Virus record (IMG/VR): IMGVR_UViG_3300043173_000778
Coordinates: 1 to 58,698 of that record
DNA from: a virus
Taxonomy: Duplodnaviria; Caudoviricetes
DNA length: 58,698 bases
Reading direction: 5' to 3' (one strand)
Each line of letters begins with the position of its first letter. Positions within the stretch are counted from its first letter, which is position 1. Below, piece by piece: positions 36,515-46,740 of the stretch. The translations under genes and the position numbers were made by a program. Under the pieces are notes generated by a model that worked only from the letters and a program-made list of their open reading frames with translations, did not search any database and had not been told where the DNA came from.

Positions 36515-36916
36515 ATGGCAAACACAGATATTCACAACATTATGGACGCCCTGCCTGTTATTCCTCCGGCGGTTTATAGCTCAACGCAAGTCGGGGCCAT
36601 CATAGACACGGATGGAGCCGAAGGGCTTGAATTTTTAATTCAGTCAGGAGTTATGACGACCGGAAGTTTCGTTCCCAAGATCGAAGATGGCGACGATTCC
36701 GGATTAAGTGACGCCGCTGATGTGGCGACTGCCTTGCTGATCGGAACAATCGCAGACGCCACTTTTGCCGCAGCAGATGACGGTGTGGTGAAAAAAATCG
36801 GCGTTGTGAATCATAAACGCTATGTGCGGCTTACCTTAACTGACAATGGAACGGCGGATGGTTTGATCGGCGCGCTTGCCGTTAAAAGCCCAAAAAACCA
36901 GAAAGCTATTTCTTAA
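36515..36916 (+). CDS. capsid-associated/decoration protein
   Basis: follows MCP; IDT.G...EDGDDSGLSDAADV...KRYVRL. Confidence 0.7.
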   Translation: MANTDIHNIMDALPVIPPAVYSSTQVGAIIDTDGAEGLEFLIQSGVMTTGSFVPKIEDGDDSGLSDAADVATALLIGTIADATFAAADDGVVKKIGVVNHKRYVRLTLTDNGTADGLIGALAVKSPKNQKAIS

Positions 36917-36952
36917 ATTATATGGCCGGCCCATGCCGGCCCAAGGATATAA

Positions 36953-37333
36953 ATGCTGGTTAAATTTATAAAAAAATGCCGCTGGTCTTTTGGTGAAAGG
37001 ACAAAAAGCTTTGGCGTCGGAAACATAAAAGACATTAATACGAAAGACGCCGAAGATATGATAAAACATGGGTACGCCGTTGTTTGTCAGAAAAAACATC
37101 CCACGGTTACCATGGAATCCAACAGCAATGAATCAACAAAACTAGATGACAAAGACAGGGCAAAGCGTTCTGTATTTTATGAGGTTAAATTTACCATGCC
37201 TGGGTTAAAACAGTTTTGCAAAGATAATGGAGTTGTTGTAAAATCCAATATTCACCGAACCAAACCCATGATCATAGAAGCAATTCTTGATTTTGAAAAA
37301 GAGAGCGGATTAATAAAGGAAAAGAATGTCTAA
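36953..37333 (+). CDS. hypothetical head-module protein
   Basis: MLVKFIK...AEDMIKHGYA pattern typical of post-capsid genes. Confidence 0.55.
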   Translation: MLVKFIKKCRWSFGERTKSFGVGNIKDINTKDAEDMIKHGYAVVCQKKHPTVTMESNSNESTKLDDKDRAKRSVFYEVKFTMPGLKQFCKDNGVVVKSNIHRTKPMIIEAILDFEKESGLIKEKNV

Positions 37334-37784
37334 TACGAAAAACGGCCTCGACACACCCAAAACGCCAGATAACAACGATAATGCCTTATTTCTTGAGGAC
37401 GAACTGGTTCCGCAAAGGATTGATTACGCCATAGCCGCCGGGGGAGCAAATGTCTGTGAAGTGACTTTGTCCGTCCAGGACGGACACGGCGACGTGATGG
37501 CTAAGCCGATCCTTTTGGATATATGGTTGTCTGACGACTCCGAGGGCGAGGGGCTGACCGGAACAGCAGCTTCCGGCACAGTCACGGCTAAATCAGCCAG
37601 CGGTGAAGTTTTTGGAACCCTGACAGCCAAGAAAGCCCTGCAGGTCCAGACCAAAGCAGACGGAACCTTTATTCTGGAAATTACCGACTCATCCAAAACA
37701 ACTTTTTATGTGGCGGCGCAACTTCCAGTGGCCGGCATTCCTGCGGTAAGCAGGATATTGGCGACAGGCGATTATGGGACATAA
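37326..37784 (+). CDS. putative structural protein (Ig-like)
   Basis: beta-rich; head module. Confidence 0.55.
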   Translation: MSNTKNGLDTPKTPDNNDNALFLEDELVPQRIDYAIAAGGANVCEVTLSVQDGHGDVMAKPILLDIWLSDDSEGEGLTGTAASGTVTAKSASGEVFGTLTAKKALQVQTKADGTFILEITDSSKTTFYVAAQLPVAGIPAVSRILATGDYGT

Positions 37785-37843
37785 ATTCAATATAAGAAGC
37801 AATTTCGCCTCCTTAATCAAAAATCAAAAAAGGTAGATTAAGT

Positions 37844-38026
37844 ATGAAACTTGAGTTTAAATTTAATATAGACGATAAAGTAAAAACATCTCTTGAGTCA
37901 ACGGGAATCATTGGGGGGTTGTATTATGATGAAGCAGGACTTCAGTACAATATTAAAACCAAGGACGGATCTCAGTGGTGGAAAGAAAAAGAACTAACTC
38001 TCATAAATAAAGCGACATCAGGCTAA
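37844..38026 (+). CDS. small SH3-like hypothetical protein
   Basis: FKFNIDDKVK...W.KEKEL. Confidence 0.55.
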   Translation: MKLEFKFNIDDKVKTSLESTGIIGGLYYDEAGLQYNIKTKDGSQWWKEKELTLINKATSG

Positions 38027-38027
38027 C

Positions 38028-38681
38028 ATGCCTCCAACCAAAAAAGCGTGGAGTTATATTTTAGTGGATCCACCAGCGAATTTAGCGGTTTCTCTGGATG
38101 ATGTGAAATCTTGGCTTGAGATAACAGCCTCAACTCAAGACGACAAAATTACCGCCTTGATAGAATCGGCCACCTTAACCGGAGAAAAAATAAGTAAACG
38201 CGATTTCGTCAATAAAACTTACAAGACTTTCAGGGATTCATTTAATGATTACCCGAATTCTTACGGTAATTACGCGGCTTTGGTTCCCAGCTACAGTCTT
38301 CCGAGTGGCTTTGGTGAAATTGAATTAACAAAATCCAGGTTGCAATCTGTTTCTTCGGTGAAATACTTTAAGGAAAACATTTTGACAACCGTGGATACTT
38401 CGGTTTATTATGCCACTGAGGAGTATGATTATTCACGCATAGCTTTGGTGGATGGCAAATCATGGCCAGATGACGTCGACAACAGACAACAAGCCGTTGT
38501 TATTGAGTTTGTGGCTGGTTATGGAGTCGATGAAAGCGTCGTTCCCGCAGATATAAAAACCGCCATAAAACAGCATGTTGCCAACGCTCTTGCTAATCGC
38601 GGAGATTGCTCGGATAGCATGTGGCTTCCTTCTGGGGCTTTTGGGGTTTATACTAATAATAGGATTGAAGATATCGTGTAA
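38028..38681 (+). CDS. head-tail connector (gp6-like)
   Basis: VSLDDVKSWL..D..I..LI.SA; FVAGYG...VPADIK.AI. Confidence 0.85.
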   Translation: MPPTKKAWSYILVDPPANLAVSLDDVKSWLEITASTQDDKITALIESATLTGEKISKRDFVNKTYKTFRDSFNDYPNSYGNYAALVPSYSLPSGFGEIELTKSRLQSVSSVKYFKENILTTVDTSVYYATEEYDYSRIALVDGKSWPDDVDNRQQAVVIEFVAGYGVDESVVPADIKTAIKQHVANALANRGDCSDSMWLPSGAFGVYTNNRIEDIV

Positions 38682-39070
38682 TGAGTTGCAAAAAAATAAA
38701 GGCGGCGCGCCGCCAAGTCTGCATTGGCAGCTTGGACACTCAGATCATATTAAAGAAAAGAAGTATTACGGCTCCTGCTCAGGATTCAGTTGATTACACG
38801 GAGACATTCACGGAAGACGCCACTGTCTGGGCAAATATAAAAACTTCCGATCGTGGAGAAATAATTTTTGATGGAAATAATAGGGCTAAAATCGTTACTC
38901 ACCTTTTTTATATCAGATTTTTAGAGGGAGTAACCGCGCAAACCTGGATCGAGCTAGAAAACATAAATTACGATATTTTAAACACAACAGACTTAGACGA
39001 AAAACACGAGTGGTTATTTTTAAAAGCCGCTAAACGCGGGATTAAAACATTGCCGATTAACAGAATCTAA
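38681..39070 (+). CDS. head closure/head-tail adaptor
   Basis: IGSLDTQI...TVWANI...THLFYIRF...YDI. Confidence 0.85.
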   Translation: MSCKKIKAARRQVCIGSLDTQIILKKRSITAPAQDSVDYTETFTEDATVWANIKTSDRGEIIFDGNNRAKIVTHLFYIRFLEGVTAQTWIELENINYDILNTTDLDEKHEWLFLKAAKRGIKTLPINRI

Positions 39071-39137
39071 CGACTGAGCTAACCCGACGTGACGCCGCAA
39101 CGCGGCGGAAACGTTCGGGTTCAGAGATTCGTTAGGT
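39065..39137 (+). mobile_element. integron attC-like recombination site
   Basis: R'' ATCTAAC (contains the upstream stop codon) ... R' GTTAGGT; AACCCGA/TCGGGTT inner arms; GCCGC-AAC-GCGGC terminal hairpin; 73 bp. Confidence 0.7.
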
Positions 39138-39436
39138 ATTTTTGTGGATGCTTAACTATTGTGGAATTAGTACCCGTATTTTTTTCTTCACTTTCTTTTG
39201 TTTGCGGTTTTGTTGCCGGCATGATTGTTCTTTTTTCAATTCTTTGCCTATATAAAAACCAATGGCACGGAAAGCAGAAGGAACAAATGAGTGAAGAAAA
39301 ACCCAAAAGAAAAGAACTGATAAGTATTGATACCCAGCTTAGGTGGGCTTTGCATGGGATACATATTGCCATGGCGCTTCTTTTCATCTGCCCCCTTTTA
39401 ATGATGATTTTCGGATTACTGGTTAACCAACAATGA
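39089..39436 (+). CDS. membrane protein immediately downstream of attC (true start probably after 39137)
   Basis: two hydrophobic segments; interrupts head-closure/gp10 synteny. Confidence 0.5.
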   Translation: MTPQRGGNVRVQRFVRYFCGCLTIVELVPVFFSSLSFVCGFVAGMIVLFSILCLYKNQWHGKQKEQMSEEKPKRKELISIDTQLRWALHGIHIAMALLFICPLLMMIFGLLVNQQ

Positions 39437-39921
39437 AAATTACAGGAGCGCCGGGAAACGCTAAAGTTTTCCAGCAGATAAAAAATATTCCCCGTTCTTT
39501 TGCTGAAGGGATAAAAAAAGCAAATATGTTTATTGGCAAAGATATAACCAAGCAAGCTAAATGGCGAATTATAGGCGGAATAAAAAGCGGAAAATTTTAT
39601 GTTTTGCAGGATATATGGACTAGTAAATATAGAACTCATAGAGCTTCAGCCCCAAATGAATCTCCGGCTAATTTTTCCGGCTCTTTAGCCGCTTCTATTG
39701 GTTATGTTCCGTCTGGAAATGAATTGGTAATTGGGGCCGGAGGAAGCAGCCCTTTGGTTAATACTAAGTCCGGCCAAATCGGGTTTGGAGTATTCGTGGA
39801 TTACGCCAAACGATTAGAGTTAAGCGGTCGCAAATATTTAAAACCGGCCATTAAGGAAAAACAAAAAGACACCGAGAATTATTACTACCAGGAAGTCAGT
39901 CGAGAGTTGCTTAAGAAATGA
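39433..39921 (+). CDS. HK97 gp10-like neck/tail-completion protein
   Basis: HRASAPNESPANFSGSL..SI...DYAKRLE...YLKPA. Confidence 0.8.
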   Translation: MKITGAPGNAKVFQQIKNIPRSFAEGIKKANMFIGKDITKQAKWRIIGGIKSGKFYVLQDIWTSKYRTHRASAPNESPANFSGSLAASIGYVPSGNELVIGAGGSSPLVNTKSGQIGFGVFVDYAKRLELSGRKYLKPAIKEKQKDTENYYYQEVSRELLKK

Positions 39922-40166
39922 TTGAAAAAATATCATGGGAACAATTTAGGGCGAGCGGTTTATTGTGGTTTATAAACAGGATTATTCATTTATTTGGGAT
40001 GACTATTGTCGTTGAATGCGATAAAGACGGAAATGTCAAAGATGTTTATCCCGCTAAATGTAAATTTAGAGGCTTTGGCGGCAAAAGCGAATCAGAGGGT
40101 TTTAAAAATATTACTGAATTTTTGGAAAAAAATATTCCTCGCCTTAAGGAAGAAACTCAACAATGA
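39918..40166 (+). CDS. hypothetical phage protein
   Basis: WEQFRASGLLWFINRIIH.FG...YPA..KFRGF. Confidence 0.65.
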   Translation: MIEKISWEQFRASGLLWFINRIIHLFGMTIVVECDKDGNVKDVYPAKCKFRGFGGKSESEGFKNITEFLEKNIPRLKEETQQ

Positions 40167-41275
40167 AAGCGTCCGACGTTATTGAACAACTACAAACCGT
40201 GTTGCCTAAAGTGACGGGATTATTTTCAGACGATATTCCCGTCACATCTTTAACTAGGGCTGGGGCTGTTGTCACGGCGGTTACATCAACTCCCCACGGC
40301 CTGGATACCGGACAGGAAGTGGTGATGAGTGGAGCTAAGGAATTAAACCCGATCACAAGTCTGACTTTTTCAAATGGAATCGCTTCAGGGGTTACTCAGA
40401 ACTCGCATGATCTAACATTGCCAAGCCTACAGCAAGTTGACGAAGACAATATTTACGATTTTAATAAAGCTGTTATTTCTGGAGCTGGCCAATCAGAATA
40501 CAACGGAACTTTTATTTTAAATTCAGTAATTAATCGCAAAAACTTTTCGTATCTGGTTTCTGGAAGCCCCGCAAGCCCGGACACGGGAAGCCCCGTTTTA
40601 GAGCAGGAATTTGGGTATAACGGCCGGTTTGCTGTCACTGTTATTGATCCGACGACTTTTACTTACCAAATTACCGTGACGCCTGAAAGTCCAGCCGGCG
40701 GAACAATTATTGCTCGGTCTCCGATGAGGGTAAGCGGCGGGGTTTCTTTTAGTCGCTTAATCCTTAGTTACACCGAGCAGCCGTCGAATAAATTATGGGC
40801 TTTTGTGGTGCTTGAAGATGTGAACACATCAAGGAATAGGTCGATAAAATCAGACGCCATAAATGAAAGCTCTGGAACTGACGAATACAGAAACAGGCTC
40901 ATAGAACCTTTTTCTATTTATATTTTTATCCCTGGAGTTGATTCCATATCAGGACGCCCCCTGCGAGATGATATGGAGGAAATCAGGGGATTTATTTACG
41001 AAGCTATTTTGGGTGTGGTTTTTCCGACTGGCCTAAAATGTCAAACTTGGTCCCAAATAACTCCCACGGGAGATCGGTACGCGGGGGAATCTTCGCTATC
41101 TGAAAGTGTTTATATTCATCAATTCACTTTTGAAAGAGTGGTTGATGTAACTTACCCAGATACCAAGGGTCCGGATCGAAGCGTGGCCTTTAGAGATATA
41201 AAAATTGACTCAACAATTAATTCGGGAACCGGCGACTTAGATGTTGCTGTTAATTTAGACCAAATTCCGTTATAG
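40163..41275 (+). CDS. tail terminator-like protein with two inserted beta domains
   Basis: position before sheath; C-terminal AFRDI; ITSLT...HG/HD...ISGA...YNG insertions. Confidence 0.65.
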   Translation: MKASDVIEQLQTVLPKVTGLFSDDIPVTSLTRAGAVVTAVTSTPHGLDTGQEVVMSGAKELNPITSLTFSNGIASGVTQNSHDLTLPSLQQVDEDNIYDFNKAVISGAGQSEYNGTFILNSVINRKNFSYLVSGSPASPDTGSPVLEQEFGYNGRFAVTVIDPTTFTYQITVTPESPAGGTIIARSPMRVSGGVSFSRLILSYTEQPSNKLWAFVVLEDVNTSRNRSIKSDAINESSGTDEYRNRLIEPFSIYIFIPGVDSISGRPLRDDMEEIRGFIYEAILGVVFPTGLKCQTWSQITPTGDRYAGESSLSESVYIHQFTFERVVDVTYPDTKGPDRSVAFRDIKIDSTINSGTGDLDVAVNLDQIPL

Positions 41276-41283
41276 GAGAAAAG

Positions 41284-42852
41284 ATGTCGGGAGAAACCAA
41301 AATTATACAACCAAATGTAAAAATTGCCGTAAGAGGGGTTTCACAAGAACTATCCGTCACTCCCCATAGAGTTCTGGTTGTCGGACAGATGCTTGCAGGC
41401 GGAAGCGCGGTTAGCGGTGAATTGCAGAAAGAAATCGGCAATGACAATAGCTGGGATACGCTGTTTGATGAAAAATCCATGCTGGCCTCGACGGTCAGAG
41501 CCTTTAAGGGCAGCGTGTCGGCTCCGCTCAATAGAGTCACCAGGATTGACGGCATTGGGCTGGGTGACGCCGCTGGATCAGAGGCGACTGGCCACGTGAT
41601 ATTTGGCAGTGGGCCAGCCACGGCGGATGGAACTATTGTGGTTGACATAGGGTCAAAACGCGATCACAGCTACAAATTGGCATTCACCAGCTCCGATGAT
41701 ATAACTGACATTGGAGACGCTCTTGAAGCCTTGATAACCGCAGATTCTAAAAGACAAGCTTCTGGAGCTAATGCGTCGGGCGATGTCACTATTACAGCCG
41801 AACATAAAGGAACTGTCGGCAATGGAATAGGAATAAGAGTGACCGGCTCAATTCCCGGCGTGACTATAGCTGTCACAGCTATGAGCGGTGGAGCGACCGA
41901 TCCCACATTAACTACCCTGTTTGACGTCGTAGTAGACACTCGCTACCAGACCATCATATATCCATCCAACTGGGACCTGAGTGTCCTGACTGATTTCCTT
42001 GACCCGCGCTTTAATACCAGCGGCTTATTGCTTGATGGGTTTGCTGTGATTTCACTGACAGATACTTTCTCTAACCTGGGAACAGTTCTGGACGCAGAAA
42101 ATAGCCAGTCTTTGGGCGTTCATTGCAATAAAATAGTTGACGACACGCTCTATAAGGGAAGTTCTGTTTTTGAGCTTGATTACGCTATAGCAGCTCAATT
42201 TGCGGCTATTCGAGCAATGCGACTTACCGACGGAGTAAGCATATCCTCTTTTGTAATCGGAGAGGCGGCGCTGGATCAATTCGGCGGTGTCCATATATCA
42301 TCAAAGCCTTATTTTAATACACCTTATTCACATTTGCCGATTATTCCCATCGGCAAAGGATTTACTAGCGGAGAGGGTTCTGAGATTAAAATCTTGGAGG
42401 ATAAGGGCGGTTTTGTATTGGGAAATAATATCGCCGGCAATTCAATTATTGCCGGCGCAGTAGTCACGACTTATAAAACAGACGCCGCTTCCAATCCCGA
42501 TCTTTCGTTTAAATATTTAAACGCGGTGGACACGGCAACGGCGATCAGGGAATTCTACTTCAACAACTCCAAGGCCACTTACGCGCAAAGCCGTCTGACA
42601 GATGGAGATTTAATTCCGCGCGTTGCGTCGGCAAATGAAAATTCAGTGCGCGCATTTCTGACCGGGCTTTATGTTAGATTAACAGAGCCTGAATTTTCGC
42701 TGACGCGATCAGGGGAAGTCAATTTGGCTATTTTTAAAGACAAGCTTAAGCTTACGCTCGATCTCGCGACTGGCGGCGTAAGCGGAGAAAGTGAATTTCC
42801 AATTGTGGGTCAATTTAGAAACTTCACATTTGTGATTAAAATCAGATTTTAA
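41284..42852 (+). CDS. contractile tail sheath, Mu gpL-like
   Basis: VLVVGQM, SML, VTITAEHKGTVGN, MSGGATDP, VTTYKTDA...D. Confidence 0.9.
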   Translation: MSGETKIIQPNVKIAVRGVSQELSVTPHRVLVVGQMLAGGSAVSGELQKEIGNDNSWDTLFDEKSMLASTVRAFKGSVSAPLNRVTRIDGIGLGDAAGSEATGHVIFGSGPATADGTIVVDIGSKRDHSYKLAFTSSDDITDIGDALEALITADSKRQASGANASGDVTITAEHKGTVGNGIGIRVTGSIPGVTIAVTAMSGGATDPTLTTLFDVVVDTRYQTIIYPSNWDLSVLTDFLDPRFNTSGLLLDGFAVISLTDTFSNLGTVLDAENSQSLGVHCNKIVDDTLYKGSSVFELDYAIAAQFAAIRAMRLTDGVSISSFVIGEAALDQFGGVHISSKPYFNTPYSHLPIIPIGKGFTSGEGSEIKILEDKGGFVLGNNIAGNSIIAGAVVTTYKTDAASNPDLSFKYLNAVDTATAIREFYFNNSKATYAQSRLTDGDLIPRVASANENSVRAFLTGLYVRLTEPEFSLTRSGEVNLAIFKDKLKLTLDLATGGVSGESEFPIVGQFRNFTFVIKIRF

Positions 42853-42863
42853 AGGAGCACGGT

Positions 42864-43247
42864 ATGAGCGAGAAAGGGGTGGCGACTCCCGGCTTAATTA
42901 TCAATAACATTCTTTTTCCATACAAACCGAACACTATTGTTTTTACCGAGGGTTTAGGTGAATACAAGTTAAGAGTAGCCTCACTGGGCGGCTCCAAAAC
43001 GGAGCGCGTGTTTACGAAGGATGTTGAGTCGATGTTTGGTATGATAAAAGGGACTTTCTACACGACCAAGGAAAACATTAAAGAGGCTAGAAAGCTGAAG
43101 CTTAACGAGGACACAAACGTGGTTCAGATCGTCGAAGACGGGTTTGACAGGACTTTCAATAATGCGGCTGTTGTTAATAATTACGAAATCCCCGCCGGCT
43201 TTGAGGCGGAATTTGAACTTGAATTCCAAAGTGATCCTCCGGTATAA
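42864..43247 (+). CDS. tail tube protein
   Basis: 127 aa directly after sheath. Confidence 0.75.
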   Translation: MSEKGVATPGLIINNILFPYKPNTIVFTEGLGEYKLRVASLGGSKTERVFTKDVESMFGMIKGTFYTTKENIKEARKLKLNEDTNVVQIVEDGFDRTFNNAAVVNNYEIPAGFEAEFELEFQSDPPV

Positions 43248-43250
43248 AAT

Positions 43251-43781
43251 ATGGAAGAAAAAAATAAAAATAAAAAAATATTTGAGGTCGATGACTTTAA
43301 TTATGAGCTGTATTCTCCAATTGGATACAAAGCGCAGAATGTTGGGCAATTAGTTGACATTCAGACAGTAAAGCTTGTTTCTCCGTTGGTAAAACTTTGC
43401 ATAATGAACAAAGGGCTTTCTCAGATGGTAATGAGGGCGTATTTAGAAACAATACCTCTCTTTCAGCAAATGAAGCGGGATTCAGATGTCGAGGAAAAAA
43501 AATCAGAAGACGACGTGGCGGAACAAAGAGCCTTCAATCCGGAGGCATTAGCGCGGGAGGTGGAGGTTCCTATTATGGCTTCTAAAATGAATTTTTCTCT
43601 AGCTATGGAAAAATTCAAGGAATTGGCTATGGCTGGATGCGTTTTGGTTGAAGAAACAAAAATAAATTTTATCCAGTGGGGACAAATTTCAGAACCCGAT
43701 TTAGTGGAAATGTTTTATCAATTCGTCGGAGTTTTTATCATGCCCTCTCTGTTTCCTCCCCAAGAGGAAGGGAAGAAATAG
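43251..43781 (+). CDS. tail assembly chaperone
   Basis: position between tube and tape measure. Confidence 0.65.
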   Translation: MEEKNKNKKIFEVDDFNYELYSPIGYKAQNVGQLVDIQTVKLVSPLVKLCIMNKGLSQMVMRAYLETIPLFQQMKRDSDVEEKKSEDDVAEQRAFNPEALAREVEVPIMASKMNFSLAMEKFKELAMAGCVLVEETKINFIQWGQISEPDLVEMFYQFVGVFIMPSLFPPQEEGKK

Positions 43782-43921
43782 AAAAAATACGTAACGAAGT
43801 GCTGTACTTCTACAGGGGGGGCGTTGCGTTCGGCGAAGCTGAGGATATGCCGATTTCTAAACTTTTGCGCTTGCATGATGATTTACACAGACTATTAAAG
43901 TTGGACGGAAAAACTAAATAA
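43760..43921 (+). CDS. chaperone extension in the -1 frame (GT-like)
   Basis: EIEKIRNEVLYFYRGGVAFGEAEDMPISKL; no good start of its own; 5' boundary approximate. Confidence 0.5.
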   Translation, partial: PRGREEIEKIRNEVLYFYRGGVAFGEAEDMPISKLLRLHDDLHRLLKLDGKTK

Positions 43922-45522
43922 TGGCTTTTGAAGTAAAGTATATTTTTATAGCGATTAATAAATTTAGCAAAGTCGCTAATAAAATATACGAGGATATGGA
44001 CAAAATAGACAAAAAAGTCCAAAAAACCACATCCAGGCTTGAGAAATTTCAGACTGTCGGCGCAAAAAGCTTTGCAAGGGTCTCAAAAGCAACCGATAAA
44101 GCCGCCGACAAAGTTGAAAAATTCACCAGGCGGCAAAAAAAAGCAAACTTCGCCATGCGAGGGATGGTCTTAGTTGCGGGTAATTTAAAATTCAGACTTG
44201 CCTCCTTGTTGGTAACGTTGACTATGACCGGCTTTGGACTGCGGAAAATTATAAGAGATAGCTCAGAGGTTGAAAAATCTTTTCTTCAATTGTCGGCTCT
44301 TACCGGATTCAATGAGAAAAGTTTAGCTTTACTAAGAAAAGAGGCTTTTAGATTTTCGCGTGTTTTTGGCACAAGTTTTGTGGAATCATATACGGGCTTT
44401 AAAAGGGTGGCTGGCCTGAAGCCTGAATTACTGAAAGATGTCGAAGAGTTAAAGAAGTTAACTAAATGGACTCTTATTGTGAATGCTCCAATGGAGCGGA
44501 TAGAAAAAATTTCAAGAGCTTTGACGATTTCTCTTAATGTTTACGGAAAGTCCGCGAAGTCCGCCGCTAGATTTTCAAATATATTGGCGGCGGCCCAAAG
44601 AAAAGGCAGCGCGGAAGTAATTGATTTGGCGTTATCGTTTCTAAAAGCTGGCCCGGCGGCCGAAATAGCGGGGCTTAAATTTGCTCAAGTAGTTTCTATG
44701 CTGGAGGCGGTGGCTCACAGTGGGAATTTGGCGCAGAAATCGGGAACAGCTTTAAGGACATTATTTATCAGACTAGCAGACCTTCCTAAAAAATTCAGAG
44801 GAAAAGATATGCTGGGAACATTAGAAAAGGTCAAGAAGCACCTGGAGAGTTTTGTTGATGATCAAGATAAACTCGCGGAAGCAGGAAGAATATTTGGAAA
44901 GTTCCAGGCATCAGTTGGCATTGAGTTGACTAAAAATTTGGATTTATCGAAACGGTTATTCAAAGAGATACAAGGCACTAATATAGCCCTTGAAACAGCT
45001 AAGGTAATATTAAGCGGGTATGAAAAACAATCAAATGCTATTTTTAGTTTTTGGGAGAATATGAAGCAGACAATATTTGATAAAATAAAACCGCATTTGC
45101 TTGATCTCCAGAGGCAGTTTATGATATTTATTGAAATAATGAATAAAGCGACTCCAGGAGGATTTGCAGGCACAATCAAACTTTTAATATGGGGTCTTAC
45201 CAAAATTATGCAATTAGTGAATGTCGTCACGTTTAGCTTTGGCATACTATTCGCTCTTTTTCGAGCTGGCTTAGGCGATATTACAGCTCTCACAGATATT
45301 CCAGAATTATATAGAAAAATTAAAGAAATTGAGGCTACCCCGCTTTCACTGGAATCAATCCTAACCCCAGAAGAAAAGGCGGCCGGAGCTTCCAAGACAA
45401 CAGGAAAGGTAAGTATTGACCTTAATTTACGAGGAAACACAGAAGCCGTGGATAGTGTCCATGGATCAACGGATGGCGATGTAGATTTAAATATTGGTAA
45501 AAATTTCGGATTTATAGGTTGA
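43921..45522 (+). CDS. tape measure protein (TP901-like core), short at 533 aa
   Basis: LSALTG...A.RFSNILAAA...EV.DLA...SGTALR. Confidence 0.85.
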   Translation: MAFEVKYIFIAINKFSKVANKIYEDMDKIDKKVQKTTSRLEKFQTVGAKSFARVSKATDKAADKVEKFTRRQKKANFAMRGMVLVAGNLKFRLASLLVTLTMTGFGLRKIIRDSSEVEKSFLQLSALTGFNEKSLALLRKEAFRFSRVFGTSFVESYTGFKRVAGLKPELLKDVEELKKLTKWTLIVNAPMERIEKISRALTISLNVYGKSAKSAARFSNILAAAQRKGSAEVIDLALSFLKAGPAAEIAGLKFAQVVSMLEAVAHSGNLAQKSGTALRTLFIRLADLPKKFRGKDMLGTLEKVKKHLESFVDDQDKLAEAGRIFGKFQASVGIELTKNLDLSKRLFKEIQGTNIALETAKVILSGYEKQSNAIFSFWENMKQTIFDKIKPHLLDLQRQFMIFIEIMNKATPGGFAGTIKLLIWGLTKIMQLVNVVTFSFGILFALFRAGLGDITALTDIPELYRKIKEIEATPLSLESILTPEEKAAGASKTTGKVSIDLNLRGNTEAVDSVHGSTDGDVDLNIGKNFGFIG

Positions 45523-45525
45523 GTT

Positions 45526-46737
45526 ATGTCTATTTTAGACGGACTGGATGAATGGTCTTTTGATGGAGTTCCTTTTTTGGCAAAAGAAGCTCCAACCACA
45601 AGCGGAAGAAGTGTGGTTATTCATGAATTCGTCAACTCATCCAGAAGGGATCCCGAAGACCAAGGCGAAATGCTGGAAGATTTTAAACTTTCGGCTATAA
45701 TTTCCAATAAAGGCGGCCAATATTTTGCAAAAAGAAACGCCTTAATTAATGTTCTTAAAAAAGGACCAAACACAGACGGCAGCCCCAAGATTCTTAGTCA
45801 TGGTTTTTTGGGCAAATTTGAAGTTGTGGCCAAGCCCTACACATTAGTTGAAAAATTCTCTGAACTAGGCGCGGCCTTTTTTTCCCTCACATTTGCGCGG
45901 GTATCCAGGGGCGTTCCGCTTCCAGAATTATTTACTCTCTCTAATATTGAAGTTTCCAGAACGGACACCATGGATGCTTTGGCGGCTGAATTTGCGGCGG
46001 CTCCTCCCAAGGGATTCAAAGTAAGCCAAGCTTTTCCTTTTAATTTTTCAGCGGCCATAAATCTTTTAAACGGCATTGGAGCGCAATTTGACGACGTCAC
46101 AAAAACATTTAACCGCGCCCTGCAGGAAATTGACGATTTTGCGGCGGCTCTGAATGATTTTAAAAACAGTATTCGTCGTCTTATTAATTTGCCGGGACAA
46201 CTGGTTTCATCATTAACAAATCTCTTTAACTCAGTAGTCGCTCTATCAGAAACTCCCGAAGAAAGTTTTCTTACTTTGGAAAAGCTTTTTGTTTTTGGGG
46301 ATGATTTTAAGGAGATACCAGAAACTGCGGCGGAATTGATAGAAAAAAAGATCAATCAGGACTTGCTTGTGGCTTATATTCAGGTCGGGGCTTTGTCTTA
46401 CGCATATGAGCAGACAGCAAATATTGATTTTTTTACAATCAGAGAAATAGATACTTTTTCTGAAAAATTAAACACGCAATTCGATAAAGTTTTTGATTTA
46501 ATAAGAGATACCTCTGTTGCCTCCGAACTTCAAAATTTACGCAATATTACGAATGAATTTCTTGATATTCAGAGATTAAACGCCAAAAAAATAGTAGAGA
46601 TCGCAACGCAACCGACGACAGCCCAAGCCTTGATGTATCAATATTACGGAAACGTCGATGACTTTGAAAAATTTACACAATTAAATTCCATAAAAGATGT
46701 AAGTTTTGCGGACGGAAGCGTGGAAATTTTCAGGTAA
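45526..46737 (+). CDS. DNA circularisation protein, Mu gpN-like
   Basis: SFDGVPF...SGRSVVIHEF...EDQG...; C-terminal LMYQYYG. Confidence 0.85.
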   Translation: MSILDGLDEWSFDGVPFLAKEAPTTSGRSVVIHEFVNSSRRDPEDQGEMLEDFKLSAIISNKGGQYFAKRNALINVLKKGPNTDGSPKILSHGFLGKFEVVAKPYTLVEKFSELGAAFFSLTFARVSRGVPLPELFTLSNIEVSRTDTMDALAAEFAAAPPKGFKVSQAFPFNFSAAINLLNGIGAQFDDVTKTFNRALQEIDDFAAALNDFKNSIRRLINLPGQLVSSLTNLFNSVVALSETPEESFLTLEKLFVFGDDFKEIPETAAELIEKKINQDLLVAYIQVGALSYAYEQTANIDFFTIREIDTFSEKLNTQFDKVFDLIRDTSVASELQNLRNITNEFLDIQRLNAKKIVEIATQPTTAQALMYQYYGNVDDFEKFTQLNSIKDVSFADGSVEIFR

Positions 46738-46740
46738 CAA

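Noticed and set aside
44862-45599. Long antisense ORFs (also 6790..7380, 45837..46355, 56191..56760)
   Set aside because: Shadows of well-supported genes on the opposite strand, with no RBS or motifs
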